Origin: Octopus vulgaris | Lineage: Eukaryota | DNA length: 64,000 bases | Assembly (NCBI GenBank): GCA_951406725.2 | Contig: OX597829.1 | Coordinates: forward strand, 13,206,001-13,270,000 | Direction of reading: 5' to 3' | Shown: positions 12,334-26,082 of the stretch, piece by piece | How positions within the stretch are numbered: position 1 is the stretch's first letter | Layout of the letters: each line of letters starts with the position of its first letter | Notes under the pieces: generated by a model | The model's database searches: none | What the model was told of the DNA's origin: nothing | The model's input: the letters and a program-made list of their open reading frames with translations, nothing else | Translations under genes and position numbers: made by a program

Positions 12334-12789
12334 TTGGTCCACAGCTTCTTCCCTGACCCTACCTCCCAACCTGGCTCGTTCCCCTGCTCCCGCCCACGCT
12401 GCCGCACTTGCCCTTACCTCTCCAACACCACCCTCCTCACTGGCACCCATCATTGGCCCTATCGCATCATCGACTCCTTTACCTGCACCTCCAGCAATAT
12501 CATCTTTTGCATCTCCTGCTCTCTCTGCCATTCTCTGTATATCGGACAAACGGGACGCCGCTTGGCTGACCGGTTCGCGGAACACCTCCGAGACCTCCGC
12601 CATGCTAATGACACACCGGTCTCACGCCATTTCCGCTCCATCGGTCACTCCTTGCAACACCTGTCTGTGTTCGGATTGTCGTTGCACAGAGGCCATCCGG
12701 ATTCCCGCTTGCGCCGTGAACTGGGATTAATCTTCTCTCTTCGCTCTTTTACGCCATTTGGTCTCAACTCTCCCCCCCTTTTCATCTAA
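12334..12789 (+). pseudogene. Penelope-like GIY-YIG endonuclease domain
   Basis: [10 protein letters not shown] Cys cluster, then [45 protein letters not shown]. Upstream frames are frameshifted and the RT core is absent. Confidence 0.88.
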
Positions 12790-13472
12790 CCCCCCCCCCG
12801 ACTCCTACTTCTCTTCAGTCCTTCATCCTTTCACCCCTACTCTCTTTCCCTCCTTTCCCTTCTTTCCCTTCTTCCCTCTTCTTCTTTCTTCTTCCCTCTT
12901 CCCTTTCTCTCTTTCTCTCTGCTCCCTCACTCCCCTTCTCTCCCCCTCCCTCTCCCCTCCTTTCCCATCCCCCTCCTCCTCTCCTTCCTTCTCCTCCCCT
13001 CTCCACCTAATCTCCTCTATCTCCTACCCCTCCTCCTCCCCTCTCTCTTCCCTCCTCCCCTCCTCTCTCTTCTCTCCCCCTCTCACTCTACCCCAACCCC
13101 CAGCCAAACCCACACCCCCACATGGGCTTTCCCCACTCTCGCCTACCCCCACCTCCCCACAACATCACACCACACTACACTACACCATACATCACATCAT
13201 ACATACATCATCATACATACATACATACATACACACGTCCAGACCACCAGCCCTCTTTCACACGCACATACATACTCTCTTATACACACACGCACATTCA
13301 TGTTGAAGTGAGGTCACTTGACCCTGTTATCTCCCCTACTATCCCTCTAGCGTCTAACGTCTGACCTCTCATCTCTGACTTCTGCCTGAAATCAGAACGC
13401 CATGTTGGATCGTTAGCCTCTACACGCATTTTTTTCTCTCCTTGTTTCTCTCCTTGTTTCTTTTCTGTGTAT

Positions 13473-13508
13473 CTTTCTGTCGAAGAGCGTAGGCTCGAAA
13501 TGTAAAAG
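13473..13508 (+). ncRNA. Hammerhead motif, A6->T core variant, in the Penelope pLTR
   Basis: cttt CTGTCGA A GAGC-gtag-GCTC GAAAT GTA aaag. Confidence 0.6.
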
Positions 13509-14030
13509 ACTTGTTTTATTTCTATTCCTGAGCGCCATACTAATACATTGTTTGTTTGTACTACACCTGCCTTCGTCTTTTGTTTATATATATTTGCATG
13601 TGTGTGTATGCGTATATAAACATGTGCGGGTATGTACATATATGGACGTGTGTGTGTATGAGTGCATAAGGGCATGTCCGTATATGAACGTGGTTTTTAT
13701 GATTTGTATACTTCCTTATGTTTTTTATGTTACCTTTAACCATGGTTTTTCTTGTGCTTGTGCGTATATAGACGTATGTATGAACTTTTACGGTACGCAT
13801 GTGTGTGTGTATGAGTTTGTATATATATGCGTATATATTTGGCGAAAAATGCGAGTGAAGATGTGTACGTTTTCATAGTGACGTATAAGTACGCACGTGG
13901 ATCCGCGAGCGCACATGTAAGCGTATGACTTGCCATGTTGTATGGAATTTTAATCTTATTTTATATAATTATAACACAGTAATTTCCCTTTATACAACGG
14001 TATTTTTTCATAGCGTTTTTCAGATGACCA

Positions 14031-14091
14031 GATAACCGAAGAGATGGTGTTGTGGAGTTCCACTTCGGCATCTGAAACTCAGAGTTTTATC
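14031..14091 (+). ncRNA. Hammerhead motif with CCGAAGA (U4C) core
   Basis: gataa CCGAAGA GATG..GTGGA-gt-TCCAC..CATC t GAAAC TCAGA GTT ttatc. Stem I is a perfect 5 bp. Confidence 0.6.
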
Positions 14092-14340
14092 TTGACTATT
14101 GAGTAATTGTAACATATTATTTTATAGATAAATTTCCTCTATTTACATAATATTGAGGTATCTTTCTTTCTTTTGTTATCTTAACGTTTTTACCAATATA
14201 TATATAAATCAGAAATATTAAATTTCTAAATATCTCATAGAGATATGTACGGTGGTGGGGCGATGTACACTGTCAATTTAACGTGACAGCGGTGGTGTAA
14301 TCCCCTACTGTCACGTTAAATTGACAGTATACAACCATTC

Positions 14341-14429
<89 letters not shown>

Positions 14430-14518
14430 ATGTATATGCATACATATATGTGTATGTATACAAAAATATGTACGATGACATTCCAAACATATCGAAAGGA
14501 TATTCAATACATACACGC

Positions 14519-14558
<40 letters not shown>

Positions 14559-14930
14559 ACACAAACAGATGGGCATAAAACAATTCAATAAATGCTTGTA
14601 AACCACTCCTTCGGCACGAACCCACAGAGATTTTTAAGACAATAGACAATTACACACCATCTCTTTCTCTCTAACACCTTGAACACTATAACAAACCATA
14701 TTTGCATAAGACTTCAATGAAAAAACTCCAGAGATGATTTAACCACCAAACAGAAGCTAAACTGTTTTTACATCAAATGTTTATAAATGAAATTTTTTTA
14801 ATATTTGATTCATCATCGAAACCGTTAATATATTATATTGTCTCTTTATAATTTTTAAATGATTTTATTAAATTCTTTCTAAATTTAAAAGTCTTCCATC
14901 TACTTTTCTTCTGTTTCCACCTCCATATTT

Positions 14931-15031
<101 letters not shown>

Positions 15032-15109
15032 CTGAATTTAGTGTTGAACACTGAAATGAAGACGATATGTCCAGTTATCACATTTGTATGGCCTGAATGT
15101 ATAGGATTG

Positions 15110-15380
15110 TTGTTCAAAGGGCCAGCATTGTCACACACTGTGTCACGCAGAATCTCCCCGAGAACTACGTTAAGGGTACCCGTCTCTGTGAACTGCTCGG
15201 CCACTTGCACGTTAATAAATGAGCTGCGAGGTCACAGATGCCAAGCTGTATCGGCCTTTGCCTTTCCCTTGGATAACATCGGTGGTATGCATGGCCGACT
15301 GATGGACTTCCATAAACAACCTTGCCTAGGGTAACTTTATAGGTGCAATCCCATGGTCATTTATGACCGAAGGGGGTCAC
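15110..15380 (+). mobile_element. Fused SINE fragments (family C body plus family B 3' part)
   Basis: TGCCAAGCTGTATCG..AGGTGCAATCCCATGGTCATT..GACCGAAGGGGGTC matches 24899-25072. Confidence 0.65.
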
Positions 15381-15472
15381 AACACAACATATATATACGT
15401 GTGCGTGTGTGTCTCTGTATATAAATGTACGTATGTATGTATACACGTGTGTATGTATACTAATATATATAT

Positions 15473-15559
<87 letters not shown>

Positions 15560-15686
15560 CAAATAAGTATGCATATATATATACGCATATATGTATCACC
15601 GATAATTATATATCAGTGTGTATATGTATATATGTGTATGTATGTATGTATGTACGTATGTATGTAGATACATATATTTATATATG

Positions 15687-15759
<73 letters not shown>

Positions 15760-15766
<7 letters not shown>

Positions 15767-16200
15767 GCAAGATTTTTTATGTGAAGTCGTGTGTTGAAAC
15801 AGATATTGTTATATTTTGGAATTGTCATTTTGCCGGTTTAGCCAATAAAAACACACGCACTATATATTCGGTGTTATTTTGCTTCAGTGTTATTTATTTT
15901 TTACGTTAATCTTAATCTTATTTCGGCCAGAGTTCTTTCGTCACACTCCTGTAACTGCATCAGTGGTCCTTTGTTTTCTCCTTTCTTATTTGTGTCTCTC
16001 CTTACTAACCGTCAGCCAGTCCTGTAAAGGGAATTACCTCACCACTGTTTAGCCCTAGGAAGCATTTGATACTCTAGACTGATGATGGGAACGTAAACAT
16101 ATGTGTCAAGGCCGACAGGAAGCGTCGATGCTTAATAAGGCTGAGCAGCGGTGGTGTAATCCCCTACTGTCACGTTAAATTGACAGTATACAACCACTCT
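15760..16200 (-). mobile_element. Penelope pLTR-like unit next to (TA)n, same family as 38010-38372
   Basis: ~200 bp is reverse-complementary to 38030-38240 and contains a hammerhead motif. Confidence 0.7.
15925..15968 (-). ncRNA. Hammerhead motif with CTGATGC core
   Basis: Minus: gacca CTGATGC A GTTAC-aggagt-GTGAC GAAAG-aa-CTC tggcc. Confidence 0.55.
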
Positions 16201-16854
16201 CTCTCTCACTCTCTCTCTCAATATATATATATATATGCGTGTGTGTGTATTGGTGGTCTAAACGAATAGGTACGCTGAGTAAGTGTTATAACTGGTCATC
16301 TGTCAGGTTTTAAGTTCACAGCTGAGGCTAGAGCTAGGGATCCGTATTAGGCTTCCGAGTTAGCAGGTATATATTAGAGGATACAGGACAACAAAATCAA
16401 GGTAAGACAAGTATCTCAAGAATAGTTTAATTAGGCTAAGGTGAATTTGAAATCTTCAAATTTGTAAGGCTTCAAATTGAAATTCACCTTACTCTAATTA
16501 AATTATTCTAAATGCTTTGAAATACCCCTCCTGCTTTGGTTTTTGTTGTCCTGTATCATCTAACATAACAAATGTGAGTGTATATGTGTGTGTGTATGTG
16601 TGTTTATGTGTGTACACAGGCGCGCGCGCACACACATATACATCCACAAACACATATACACACACAGACATGTATATATCCTCGATAGCTATACAGACGA
16701 GTGCATTTTGTACCAAAAATAAGCCAATATGAGAGTTTCTCTCTTGGTAACTTCGCTGTATAGTTTGTTCTAATAAAGTATCCACGTTTAAGTGGGGATA
16801 AATATTACATCGCGCTATCAATATTGCGTCTGTCGCTAATATACATGGTTTAAA

Positions 16855-16975
16855 TGTAGAGAAAAGAAAAGATACAATCAGAGGGAACAACAAGCAGGAA
16901 TATTAGTTTGGCGCTCGGGAAAAATGGAAAAGTCTTTGACGTTTCGAGCCTACGATTTCCGCAGAAAGAAATGAG
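16855..16975 (-). mobile_element. Penelope pLTR fragment (13400 family) with degraded hammerhead at 16934-16968
   Basis: Minus: cttt CTGCGGA AATC-gtag-GCTC GAAAC GTC aaag. Confidence 0.6.
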
Positions 16976-17738
16976 ATGAAACAAAATGGAGAGAGAGGAG
17001 GAGAGATAGAGACAGACAGACAGACAGAGACAAAGACAGAGACAGAGAGAGGAAACGAAGAGTGAAAAAACGAGTCGGGATTGATGGTTCCATATGCTGA
17101 AATAAGTATGTTGCTTTGCATCGAACAAATGAAAGAGAAATGCTCAGTTCAAGTTATAAATTATATGCTTTCTTTATAGAAACTGAGTGAGTAGTGTTTC
17201 CTGCCACTGCGGTTCCCAGGGCTTTTGCCTGATGATCGCAATGGCGTTAAGTTTGATTCGCGAGAGAAACCAATTTTGGAATTTCAATAACAAAATATGT
17301 GTATGTGTCTGTGTTTGTGTATGTGCATCTCTGCATATCCTCCTTGATCATCCCGGCTGGAGTGACTTATAGGAATAGCAAAAGAAATTTCTCCTCTGGA
17401 TTTAGATAATATATTGATATCAGTTTTGTACAATATCTACGAGACACAACCATATATTTTCATTTTCTTCTCATAAACATTATTATTAATGTAATTGATT
17501 TCATGGGAATAGCTCGATTTTTGATTAATGAGTCTTACATAACATGCATGGTTATATATTAACTCGGTATATACATACAGATATACAGGCATGCGTATCA
17601 AAATATCACAGTATTACAGTATCGAGCAGACCAACAGAGGCGGTGTACGCCGATGCATAAAGACACTTCCAATTCGACCAGAGGCTTCTAAGAATATATA
17701 TGCTTGCGTGTATGTATGTGCATGTATATGTATGAATG

Positions 17739-17840
<102 letters not shown>

Positions 17841-17960
17841 TATATACAGAGAGAGAGAGTGTCATGTACATATAAATTATAACATATATGTAATTGTCTG
17901 TTAATGCACGCACACGCAAACACACATATCCACACCCACATATAAGACAGATGAGTTGAG

Positions 17961-18044
17961 CTTCACTACAGCTGTTTCAGACGATTTCTTTATTCATGAA
18001 CAGATTAATTACATCATGTGTAAGAACAGTTTCATCAAGTAAAA
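17961..18044 (-). ncRNA. Degenerate hammerhead motif (TTGATGA core, long disrupted stem II)
   Basis: Minus: ttttac TTGATGA ...~55 nt... GAAAC-AGCT-GTA gtgaag. Stem III is palindromic (ACAGCTGT). Confidence 0.5.
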
Positions 18045-18345
18045 TAAAATTAAAATAGAATTTAACATTTGAGACTTTTCACACAAATACCATAGGATGC
18101 ATAATATAATGACTCTCATCTCAGTGCCGATTCAGAGAGAAAATTGGAGATCTTAAATATGTGTGGAAATAAATCATTCTACACACCTATAGCATGGTGA
18201 AAGTAGAAAACAGAAAAAGTTATCATCCCAGTTATAGTATGGTATACGGGTATGTTGTCCTTGACTCTACTTTGATATCTGTTATTAAAATATCTCGAAT
18301 CTATTGAATCCTCTTGATAAATATAATTGTAATTATAAGTATAAT

Positions 18346-18380
<35 letters not shown>

Positions 18381-18417
18381 ATACATATATATATGTACAT
18401 ATCTATGTACATATATA

Positions 18418-18464
<47 letters not shown>

Positions 18465-18564
18465 ACATGTATGTATATATATATACTTATATATACATTC
18501 ACAAACACACAGGCGCGCACACAAACGTGCGTACGCAAACACACACACGCACTAACGCAAAAGA

Positions 18565-18770
18565 GCGACCAGCCGACTGAAGCGTTAACTCGCTGGTCAA
18601 AGTGCTTGACGGTATTCTGTCCGTCTTCACATTCTGAATTCAAGTTCTGCCAAAGCCGACTTTACCGTTTATCCTTCCGGGATCCATGAAATATAAATAC
18701 CAGCACTAGTGTCGATTTAATTGACTTACCTCCTACCCCGAAATTACTTGCGTCGTTCCAAAATTTAAAA
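18565..18770 (+). mobile_element. tRNA-derived SINE family D (other fragments at 24338-24445 and 47990-48170)
   Basis: TCTTCACATTCTGARYTCAA B-box-like motif and GACTTT..TTT..TCC..GGG.TC block recur in the three copies. Confidence 0.5.
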
Positions 18771-18849
18771 CGTATATAAACAGACAAACACCCATAAATA
18801 TGCCTCTCTCTGTGCGTATGTGTATTCTTGTTTGTGTGAATGTACTTGT

Positions 18850-19520
18850 GTAGTGAAACAGGCCGAAAATTAAAGAAGTTCAGGCAAAAACGGCTGCGAC
18901 TCTCTGGTCAATGCGTGCGCCACCTTCGACTTGAATCATCCAAATTGATCGCAGACACTGGTCCGGAATGTATCCAGGAGCTGGAGGTAGTCGTGTTGGA
19001 CCGAGAAGCGTGGCAGGTGGACTATGTTGCTGTGGTCAGTTCTGGAACCTTGCCATAATAATAAATGCTATGTTATAAGCAACAGCTTGCAAATAGTAAT
19101 CAGTGCTATAATCAATGAAACTTGGACACTGACACAGAAATTATTGAACGGGCTAGATGGCTGGTACCCAATGATGCTACGAATGGCTCTAAATGTGAAA
19201 TGGCAGCGTCATATGAAAAAAGAATACCTTTATTGGAAACCTGCTGAAAGTTAGCGAGAAGATCAGGCAAAGACGACTGCAACCATCTTATCACTATGTG
19301 TGCAACCATGACCTGGGAGCATCCAAATTAGTCTTGTGGGACCCACTTTGTGGGGATGTAAGAAGAGGAAAACGTCGTCACACATTGACAACTTGACTGC
19401 AGACACCGACCTAAAATGTATTCATGTCTTGGCGGCAGTTATTTTGAGCCGAGAAATGTGGCAGGTGGACTTTGCCAATCTACGGCCAGAGCTGGAACCC
19501 AGCCATAATAGTAAACAATA
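18850..19520 (+). pseudogene. Degraded RTE-clade LINE ORF C-terminal fragments (two partial copies)
   Basis: ETWTLTQKLLNGLDGWYPMMLRMALNVKWQRHM resembles the RTE post-RT region. The GCAGACAC..CGAGAA.TGGCAGGTGGACT..CTGGAACC..GCCATAATA block is duplicated at ~18950 and ~19400. Confidence 0.6.
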
Positions 19521-20063
19521 ATGTATACGACTATGGTTGAAGTATGCGCATGCGTATTTTAATCTTCCTTAAATGCAGATTACATTGATTTTGATAACAG
19601 AAATCATTCCATTTACTTCCCCGCCCCACCAAATACATTTGATGAAGTTCAGCTTAAATTGATGTCTTATATATTTACATTCTGAAACTTATGTTGGCTC
19701 ATCCATCTCTCTCTCGCCCTCTCTGTCACATTCTTCCGCTTCTCTATCTTTCTCTCCTGCGATTTGAATTCAACTGTTCTCTTTCTTGTCTTCTTTTTCA
19801 TTCGTTCCGAAAACCGTTCGCTTTGGCTGATTCTAATGAATTTATCACAATATTACCTCCACGGCACAAGCTCTTGTTGATACTTTCGTAATGTAACAAA
19901 TTACAGAACGGAAAAACAAAAAAGACTTACAATATAAAAATACAGGAACAGAAACTACTACAAGATCTACAGTGATGATTAAGCCATGCATACAACGACA
20001 TTGTCCCAGGAAAAACAAATTGAGTTAAATATATACTTATACTATTATGTAGGCGGCTACATA

Positions 20064-20106
<43 letters not shown>

Positions 20107-21078
20107 GTAGGTCCTTCAGTTCGTTTAAATCATCACAACAAAAGTGATACTGGAACACACACCTATATGGATACATATACATATATATGTATGTATGTAT
20201 AAATATATGTGTGTATATATAAATACATATATATGTGTTTATGTACATATATGTATGTGTGTGTGTGTACGTGTGCATGTTTGTATAGTTGTGTAATTAT
20301 ATTTACATGCATATACATATATAGATATACATACATATATATATATGTATATGTATGTATATATATGTATAATTATATATACACATACATATGTATATAA
20401 ATACTTACATACATGCATATATATGTGTGTGTATGAATATATATGTACCTGTGTATATGTATATATATTTATACGCATGTATGTGTGCGTGTGTATGTGT
20501 ATAAAATTCGCAGGGAGAGGAGAGAAACTGGTAAATGGAAGGTGTGCTGCAAATAAATGAGTAGATATATGGTTTGTCTTTACACTTGCTACAGTTTATT
20601 TCCACTAACTACATCCTACGAATCGTTTAAAGATACGCAATTTAGAATAGCAGACGCGGCAACAAACAAGCAAACAAACAACCGTAATAATAGTATTAGC
20701 AGAAAGTACTACAGGAGAAACTACAAGAATTGCATCAACAGCAAGAAACTACGACTAGCGTTTCTACTACTACTCCTGCTGCAATTACAAGAACTTTAAA
20801 TTCTGCAAATATTCCCTTTTCTTTCTTCTTTTCCATTTTTTCTTTGTTTTTGTTTCATTTTATTGTTTTGACACTGTTTAACTTAAAAAAAAAAGATAAA
20901 ACTCTCAACCGAACGCGATATATTGAATTTGCAATGTCAATGTTTTTACAATGTACATCGGTATACAAAGGACGCATACAAACTATTAGCAAAGCTATTA
21001 TTGATGCCAATTAGCTGGAAGGAAGCCAGAAAGAAGCTGAAAGAACGGAAACTAACAGAGAGAGAGGCGGGATGAGGA

Positions 21079-21111
<33 letters not shown>

Positions 21112-21269
21112 TAGACATGCAGACAGACATATAGAGAAAGGGAAAAAGATAGGGTCAGACAGAGACAGAGAGGGAAGAATATAAAAGGAAAGAAAACTGG
21201 AAAAAATATTATAAGAATCACATAAACACATACACGCTTACGTACAAATATATCTTTAAGAAATTTTAA

Positions 21270-21865
21270 GTAGAATGAATCGACCTCCAGGAGTTATTTT
21301 TATTAAACCTGGTACTTATTCTATCGATATATTTTGCCGTACCGGAAAGTTACGAGGAAGTAAACGCACCAGCACCAGTTGTCAAGCGGTAGTAGGGGAC
21401 TCACAAATACACACGCACGCACACTCACACACATATTAACACACATACACACATACACGCACATACACACACACGACGGTCATCCTTCAGTTTCCGTCTA
21501 TCAAATCCACACAGAAGGCTTTGGTCGGCCCGAAGCTATAGTAGAAGACACTTGCTGCCTAAAGTGTTATGCAGCGGGACTGAACGGAGAGCCATGTGGT
21601 TGGGAAACAAGCTACTTACCACACAGCCACTCCTACGCCTATTGTTTTCTCTCTTTTACTTGCTTTAGGCTTTAGACGGCGGCCTTGTTTGGGCACCAGC
21701 TTCGAGAATTTTAGTCGATTAAATCGACGCCAGTACTTATTTTTCCTTAAGCCTGGTACTTATTCTATCGGTCTTCTTTTTTTTTGCCGAATCGCTGAGG
21801 TTACAGTTTTCAAGCGGTGGTGGGAGACAAACGTAGACACACGCGTGTGCACATACACACACATA

Positions 21866-21928
<63 letters not shown>

Positions 21929-22047
21929 GACGGTCTTTTAGTTTCCGTCGTCTAACAAAATCCCTTACAAGGCTTTGGTCGTCATGCAGTGGGACTGAAT
22001 CTGGATGGTTGGGAAGCAAGCCTCTTGCCACACAGCCAAGCCTGCAC
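21270..22047 (-). mobile_element. Two tandem SINE family A copies
   Basis: Two sets of CCTGGTACTTATTCTATCG..TTTCCGTC..CCACACAGCCA. Confidence 0.75.
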
Positions 22048-22156
22048 CCATCTAATTATCAAAAACAATAAGAAAGTGATCTGAGGGAAATTTAGCTGTT
22101 ATTTTCCGTAAATCATCTTACCATATTATCTCGGTATTACTATTGCTAATAACAAT

Positions 22157-22157
22157 A

Positions 22158-22242
<85 letters not shown>
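22157..22242. repeat. (TAG)n microsatellite
   Basis: Directly visible. Confidence 0.97.
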
Positions 22243-22845
22243 TATCGAGCCTTAATTGACCGCTACTCTTGCAAGAAGTAGCAACGGAATACCTTTCAAG
22301 TTATACCTTACTGTTCTTAGAAAAGAAAGACACACTATATAATATGTATCCCCACTTAAACTTGGATGTTTAATTAAAACAAGTTATACTGCGGTAATTA
22401 CCATGGGAGAAACTCTCATATTGACTTTTTGGAGCAAAATGCACTCTTTACTCGTAAATATTCCGTCTCGGTATTAAAGCTACCTCTGTCGCTAATATAT
22501 ATATATTTTTAACACTGTATGATATATCATATAGGTTCCTGCTTGACTATATGGAATGCATTTGATCATAGTTTTATATCGGTTTAGAATTAATTTTGAG
22601 GGTCAAATAACAACAATAGCAACATGAAAATAGGCACTTACACGCGTACACACACTCATACACACGTACACCTGTACACATATAGGCACACTCACAAATA
22701 CACAGAAATTAAAATATCTACATACACAAAACCTTCATACATACACATATACATTCACTTATATACATATGCATAAATAAACATATTCATACAAAAATTC
22801 ATGAAAACATTCAAACATTCATTCATTCATACATACATACGTAGG

Positions 22846-22971
<126 letters not shown>

Positions 22972-23009
22972 CAGATATACAGATATACAGATATACATAC
23001 ACATGACAT

Positions 23010-23215
23010 CTATAGACCCTTGATAATGAGTTTACAAATCCAGTACCCAACATAAACATTCATCTTTACACCCATTATTATTGGAGCAACAGAATACCCA
23101 TTTGGAGCAAAATATGGCTGAATTTGCGATCTTTGTGAAAGAAAATGCAAATCATATGCAACAAATGATCACGATATCTTGGGCCATAAAAATCTTGAAG
23201 ACCTTCTCAAGATTT
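23010..23215 (+). pseudogene. Degraded 3' end of an RLE-type non-LTR element; similar remnant at 55230-55385
   Basis: YRPLIMSLQIQYPT*TFIFTPIIIGAT here and YEFSFVPIIAGALGYVP at ~55264 resemble the PIIIGALG RLE C-terminal motif. Confidence 0.4.
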
Positions 23216-24454
23216 AGCCGATGATGATTGAAACAAGTTAGTTTTCTTCACAACCTTACTACAAAGTGGGTGGCCAGTTAAAATTTCCTCTAAAATTAAA
23301 AAGAAGCGAACATACATACATACATACATACATAAATACGTGCGTAAGTGCGTACTAAAAGTGGGACACTGAAGAAGGAAATGGACAATTATACATATAA
23401 TCGAATTAGTTTAAAAACAGAATGAAAACAATGGAAAATAAATACTATAAAGAAATGACATTTATGAAATGAAAGTGAAATTAGTTTTATTTATGGAGAT
23501 TTTAAAGGAAATGCATTCTTTTTGTCTGAATGATCCACCTGTGTTCTGTGCGTGGGTATTGAAGTTAAATGGATAAGTGACCAGCGAGCAACACAACTTG
23601 ACTTTTTGGCACATTCTCTCCTCTTTCAAATACTACCAGAATGCCCAGTTGATTTGCGCCATTCGGTCAAGCGCCGTGGGTGGGTTTAGTTAAGCTGCGA
23701 TCCTTTTTGCCTTGATTGCCGGGTGTCAGTAATCGTGAAAAAGTTACTAGTTCAGTGCAAAGAGTAGAAAGGAGAGTAAGAAAGAAGGAAAAAGGAAGAA
23801 GGAAGGAGGAAGACAGCAAACAAAAGAAAGAAATCTCGGCGTGTAAGAGGATAGACAGATAGAGTGACACAGAGAGAAAGATAAAGAGAGAGTGAGACAG
23901 ACAGATGGACAGAGAGCGGGAGGAGGACAGAGAGAGAAAGCGGGAGAGAGAAAGAGAGATAGACAGAGAGGGGAAAAGAAAGAGAAAGAGTGAGAGAGAG
24001 ACAGGCAGAGAGACGCAAGGAGAAAGAGAAATGGCGAGAGACGGACAGAGAGTTACAGAAGGATACAGAAAGAAAGCGAGAAACAGAGAGAGGTAGGGAG
24101 AGAAAGAAGTAGGAAGGGACAATATGAAGTGGTCTATAGCCAAGTGATTATAAAAAGCAATTAGTGCCACCATAAAGGTCAATGTCAACGGAATACTTAC
24201 AGGTACATTTTGATAACAATGGAACAACAGCAACAACAATAACTATCTGAAAACGGACAGCAATAAAACGGAAGGTGGCTGCTTCGAAGTGGTTTCTCAG
24301 GTAAGAAAAATAGCAGCAGAAATTACTTTCAAATCTAAGGTGGCGATCTGGCAGAATCGTTAACATCTCTTCACATTCTGAGCTCAAATGCTGTCGAGGG
24401 TGACATTGCTTTTCTTCATGATGGTTCAGAGACAAAATGAACAACACTCACCAT

Positions 24455-24727
24455 AGGCGCGGGTAAAGCTGTGTTAATACAAAGCTCACTTTTCAACCAT
24501 CTTGTTTCGGGTTCAGTTCCACCATACGACAACTTGGCCAGCTGTCTTCTACTGTTCGCTCAAGCCCAATAATGACTTGGGGATGAATTTGGCAGGCACA
24601 AAGTGTACGGAAGCACGTGTGTGGTAAGAAGCTCGCTTTCCAAATAAATGATACCAGGTTCAGTCCCGGGGCAAGTGTCTTCTACTATAGCCTCAGGCCG
24701 ACCAAGCGTTTGTGAGTGGATTTGGAG
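24455..24727 (+). mobile_element. SINE family A 5' heads (two partial)
   Basis: GGGTTCAGTTCC and GGTTCAGTCCC..GGGCAAGTGTCTTCTACTATAGCC..GTGAGTGGATTTGG. Confidence 0.65.
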
Positions 24728-24729
24728 TG

Positions 24730-24773
<44 letters not shown>

Positions 24774-24775
<2 letters not shown>

Positions 24776-25083
24776 CTCAGTGGTTAGAACGTCGAGCTTA
24801 CGATCGTGAGGTTGTGAGCTCGAATCCCGGACCGGGCTGCGTGTTGTGTTCTTGAGCAAGGCACTTTCAGCTGTAGAAATGAGTTGCGACGTCACTGGTG
24901 CCAAGCTGTATCGACCTTTGTCTTTCCCTTGGATAACACTGGTGGCGTGGAGAGGGGAGGCTGGTATGCATGGGCGACTGCTGGTCTTCCATAAACAACC
25001 TTGCCCGGACTTGTGTCTAGGAGGGTAACTTTCTAGGTGCAATCCCATGGTCATTCATGACCGAAGGGGGTCTTTACCCTTTA
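24774..25083 (+). mobile_element. tRNA-derived SINE (family B), near full length, inserted in (TA)n
   Basis: GGCTCAGTGGTTAGA A box, GAGCTCGAATCCC B box, TTCTTGAGCAAGGCACTTT central block and CTTTACCCTTTA end. Confidence 0.8.
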
Positions 25084-25368
25084 TATATATAATTTAAAGA
25101 AGAAACAAAATTAAATAATCATCTTGTATTTATGACATACATTAATACAACAAATACATTAAGACATTCAGAACATATTAAAAGTATTAATTAAGAAAGT
25201 AATAGAAATAAGCAATTTATGATATAAGAATATGCATGAAAATATAAGACAAGGTATGTGGAGTGAAATAGCGAATTTAACAAAACCTTACTAAAACTTT
25301 AGAATTAAATATTAAAAATTAGAAATTGCATTGACAGCAGTGAAAAACCTTGATGAGGAATTTAAATG

Positions 25369-25404
<36 letters not shown>

Positions 25405-25405
<1 letters not shown>

Positions 25406-25502
25406 GTTGAGGGAAAAGTTCATGCGCCGTGTTAAGCATTATTTTAACACTCTAACGTGTTAAAATAATACTTAACGCGGCGCACGAACATTTCCTTCAA
25501 CG
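25405..25502. mobile_element. ~100-bp palindromic MITE flanked by TA
   Basis: GTTGAGGGAAAAGTTCATGCGCCGTGTTAAGCATTATTTTAACAC pairs with GTGTTAAAATAATACTTAACGCGGCGCACGAACATTTCCTTCAAC. Confidence 0.7.
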
Positions 25503-25543
<41 letters not shown>

Positions 25544-25733
25544 TAACAATAATTAAGGGTTTAGCAACAAGTTGTAGCGAAAAGAAATAACGGTCCTTTG
25601 GCTGCTATTTCTAAATTGTTCGGTATGTGGTTAAGCAACATGTTGCTAAACCCTTAATTATTGTTATAATTATATATAAAACTTCTTGTATTAAAATAAT
25701 ACTTAACGCGGCGCACGAACATTTCCTTCAACG

Positions 25734-25780
<47 letters not shown>

Positions 25781-25929
25781 TAACAATAATTAAGGGTTTA
25801 GCAACAAGTTGTAGCGAAAAGAAATAACGGTCTTTTGGCTGCTATTTCTAAATTTTTCGGTATGTGGTTAAGCAACATGTTGCTAAACCCTTAATTATTG
25901 TTATAATTATATATAAAACTTCTTGTATA
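25459..25929. repeat. Recent tandem duplication (~235 bp x2) of MITE half, (TA)n and a fold-back unit
   Basis: Near-identical units 25459-25690 and 25691-25929. Each contains TATAACAATAATTAAGGGTTTAGCAACA mirrored by TGTTGCTAAACCCTTAATTATTGTTATA. Confidence 0.85.
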
Positions 25930-26010
25930 AGTTTTTACCGAATATGGTTCCTTTACATACCGAAACTACTTGGTGAAATTTATTAATTATAAATTAATAA
26001 TTTTCTACCT

Positions 26011-26082
<72 letters not shown>

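Noticed and set aside
12758-13306. 182-aa Pro/Ser-rich ORF
   Set aside because: Polypyrimidine 3' region of the Penelope element.
22157-22242. Telomere-like repeat
   Set aside because: Simple (TAG)n, not TTAGGG.
24774-24845. tRNA gene
   Set aside because: A and B boxes are present but continue into a repeated SINE body, with no proper acceptor stem.
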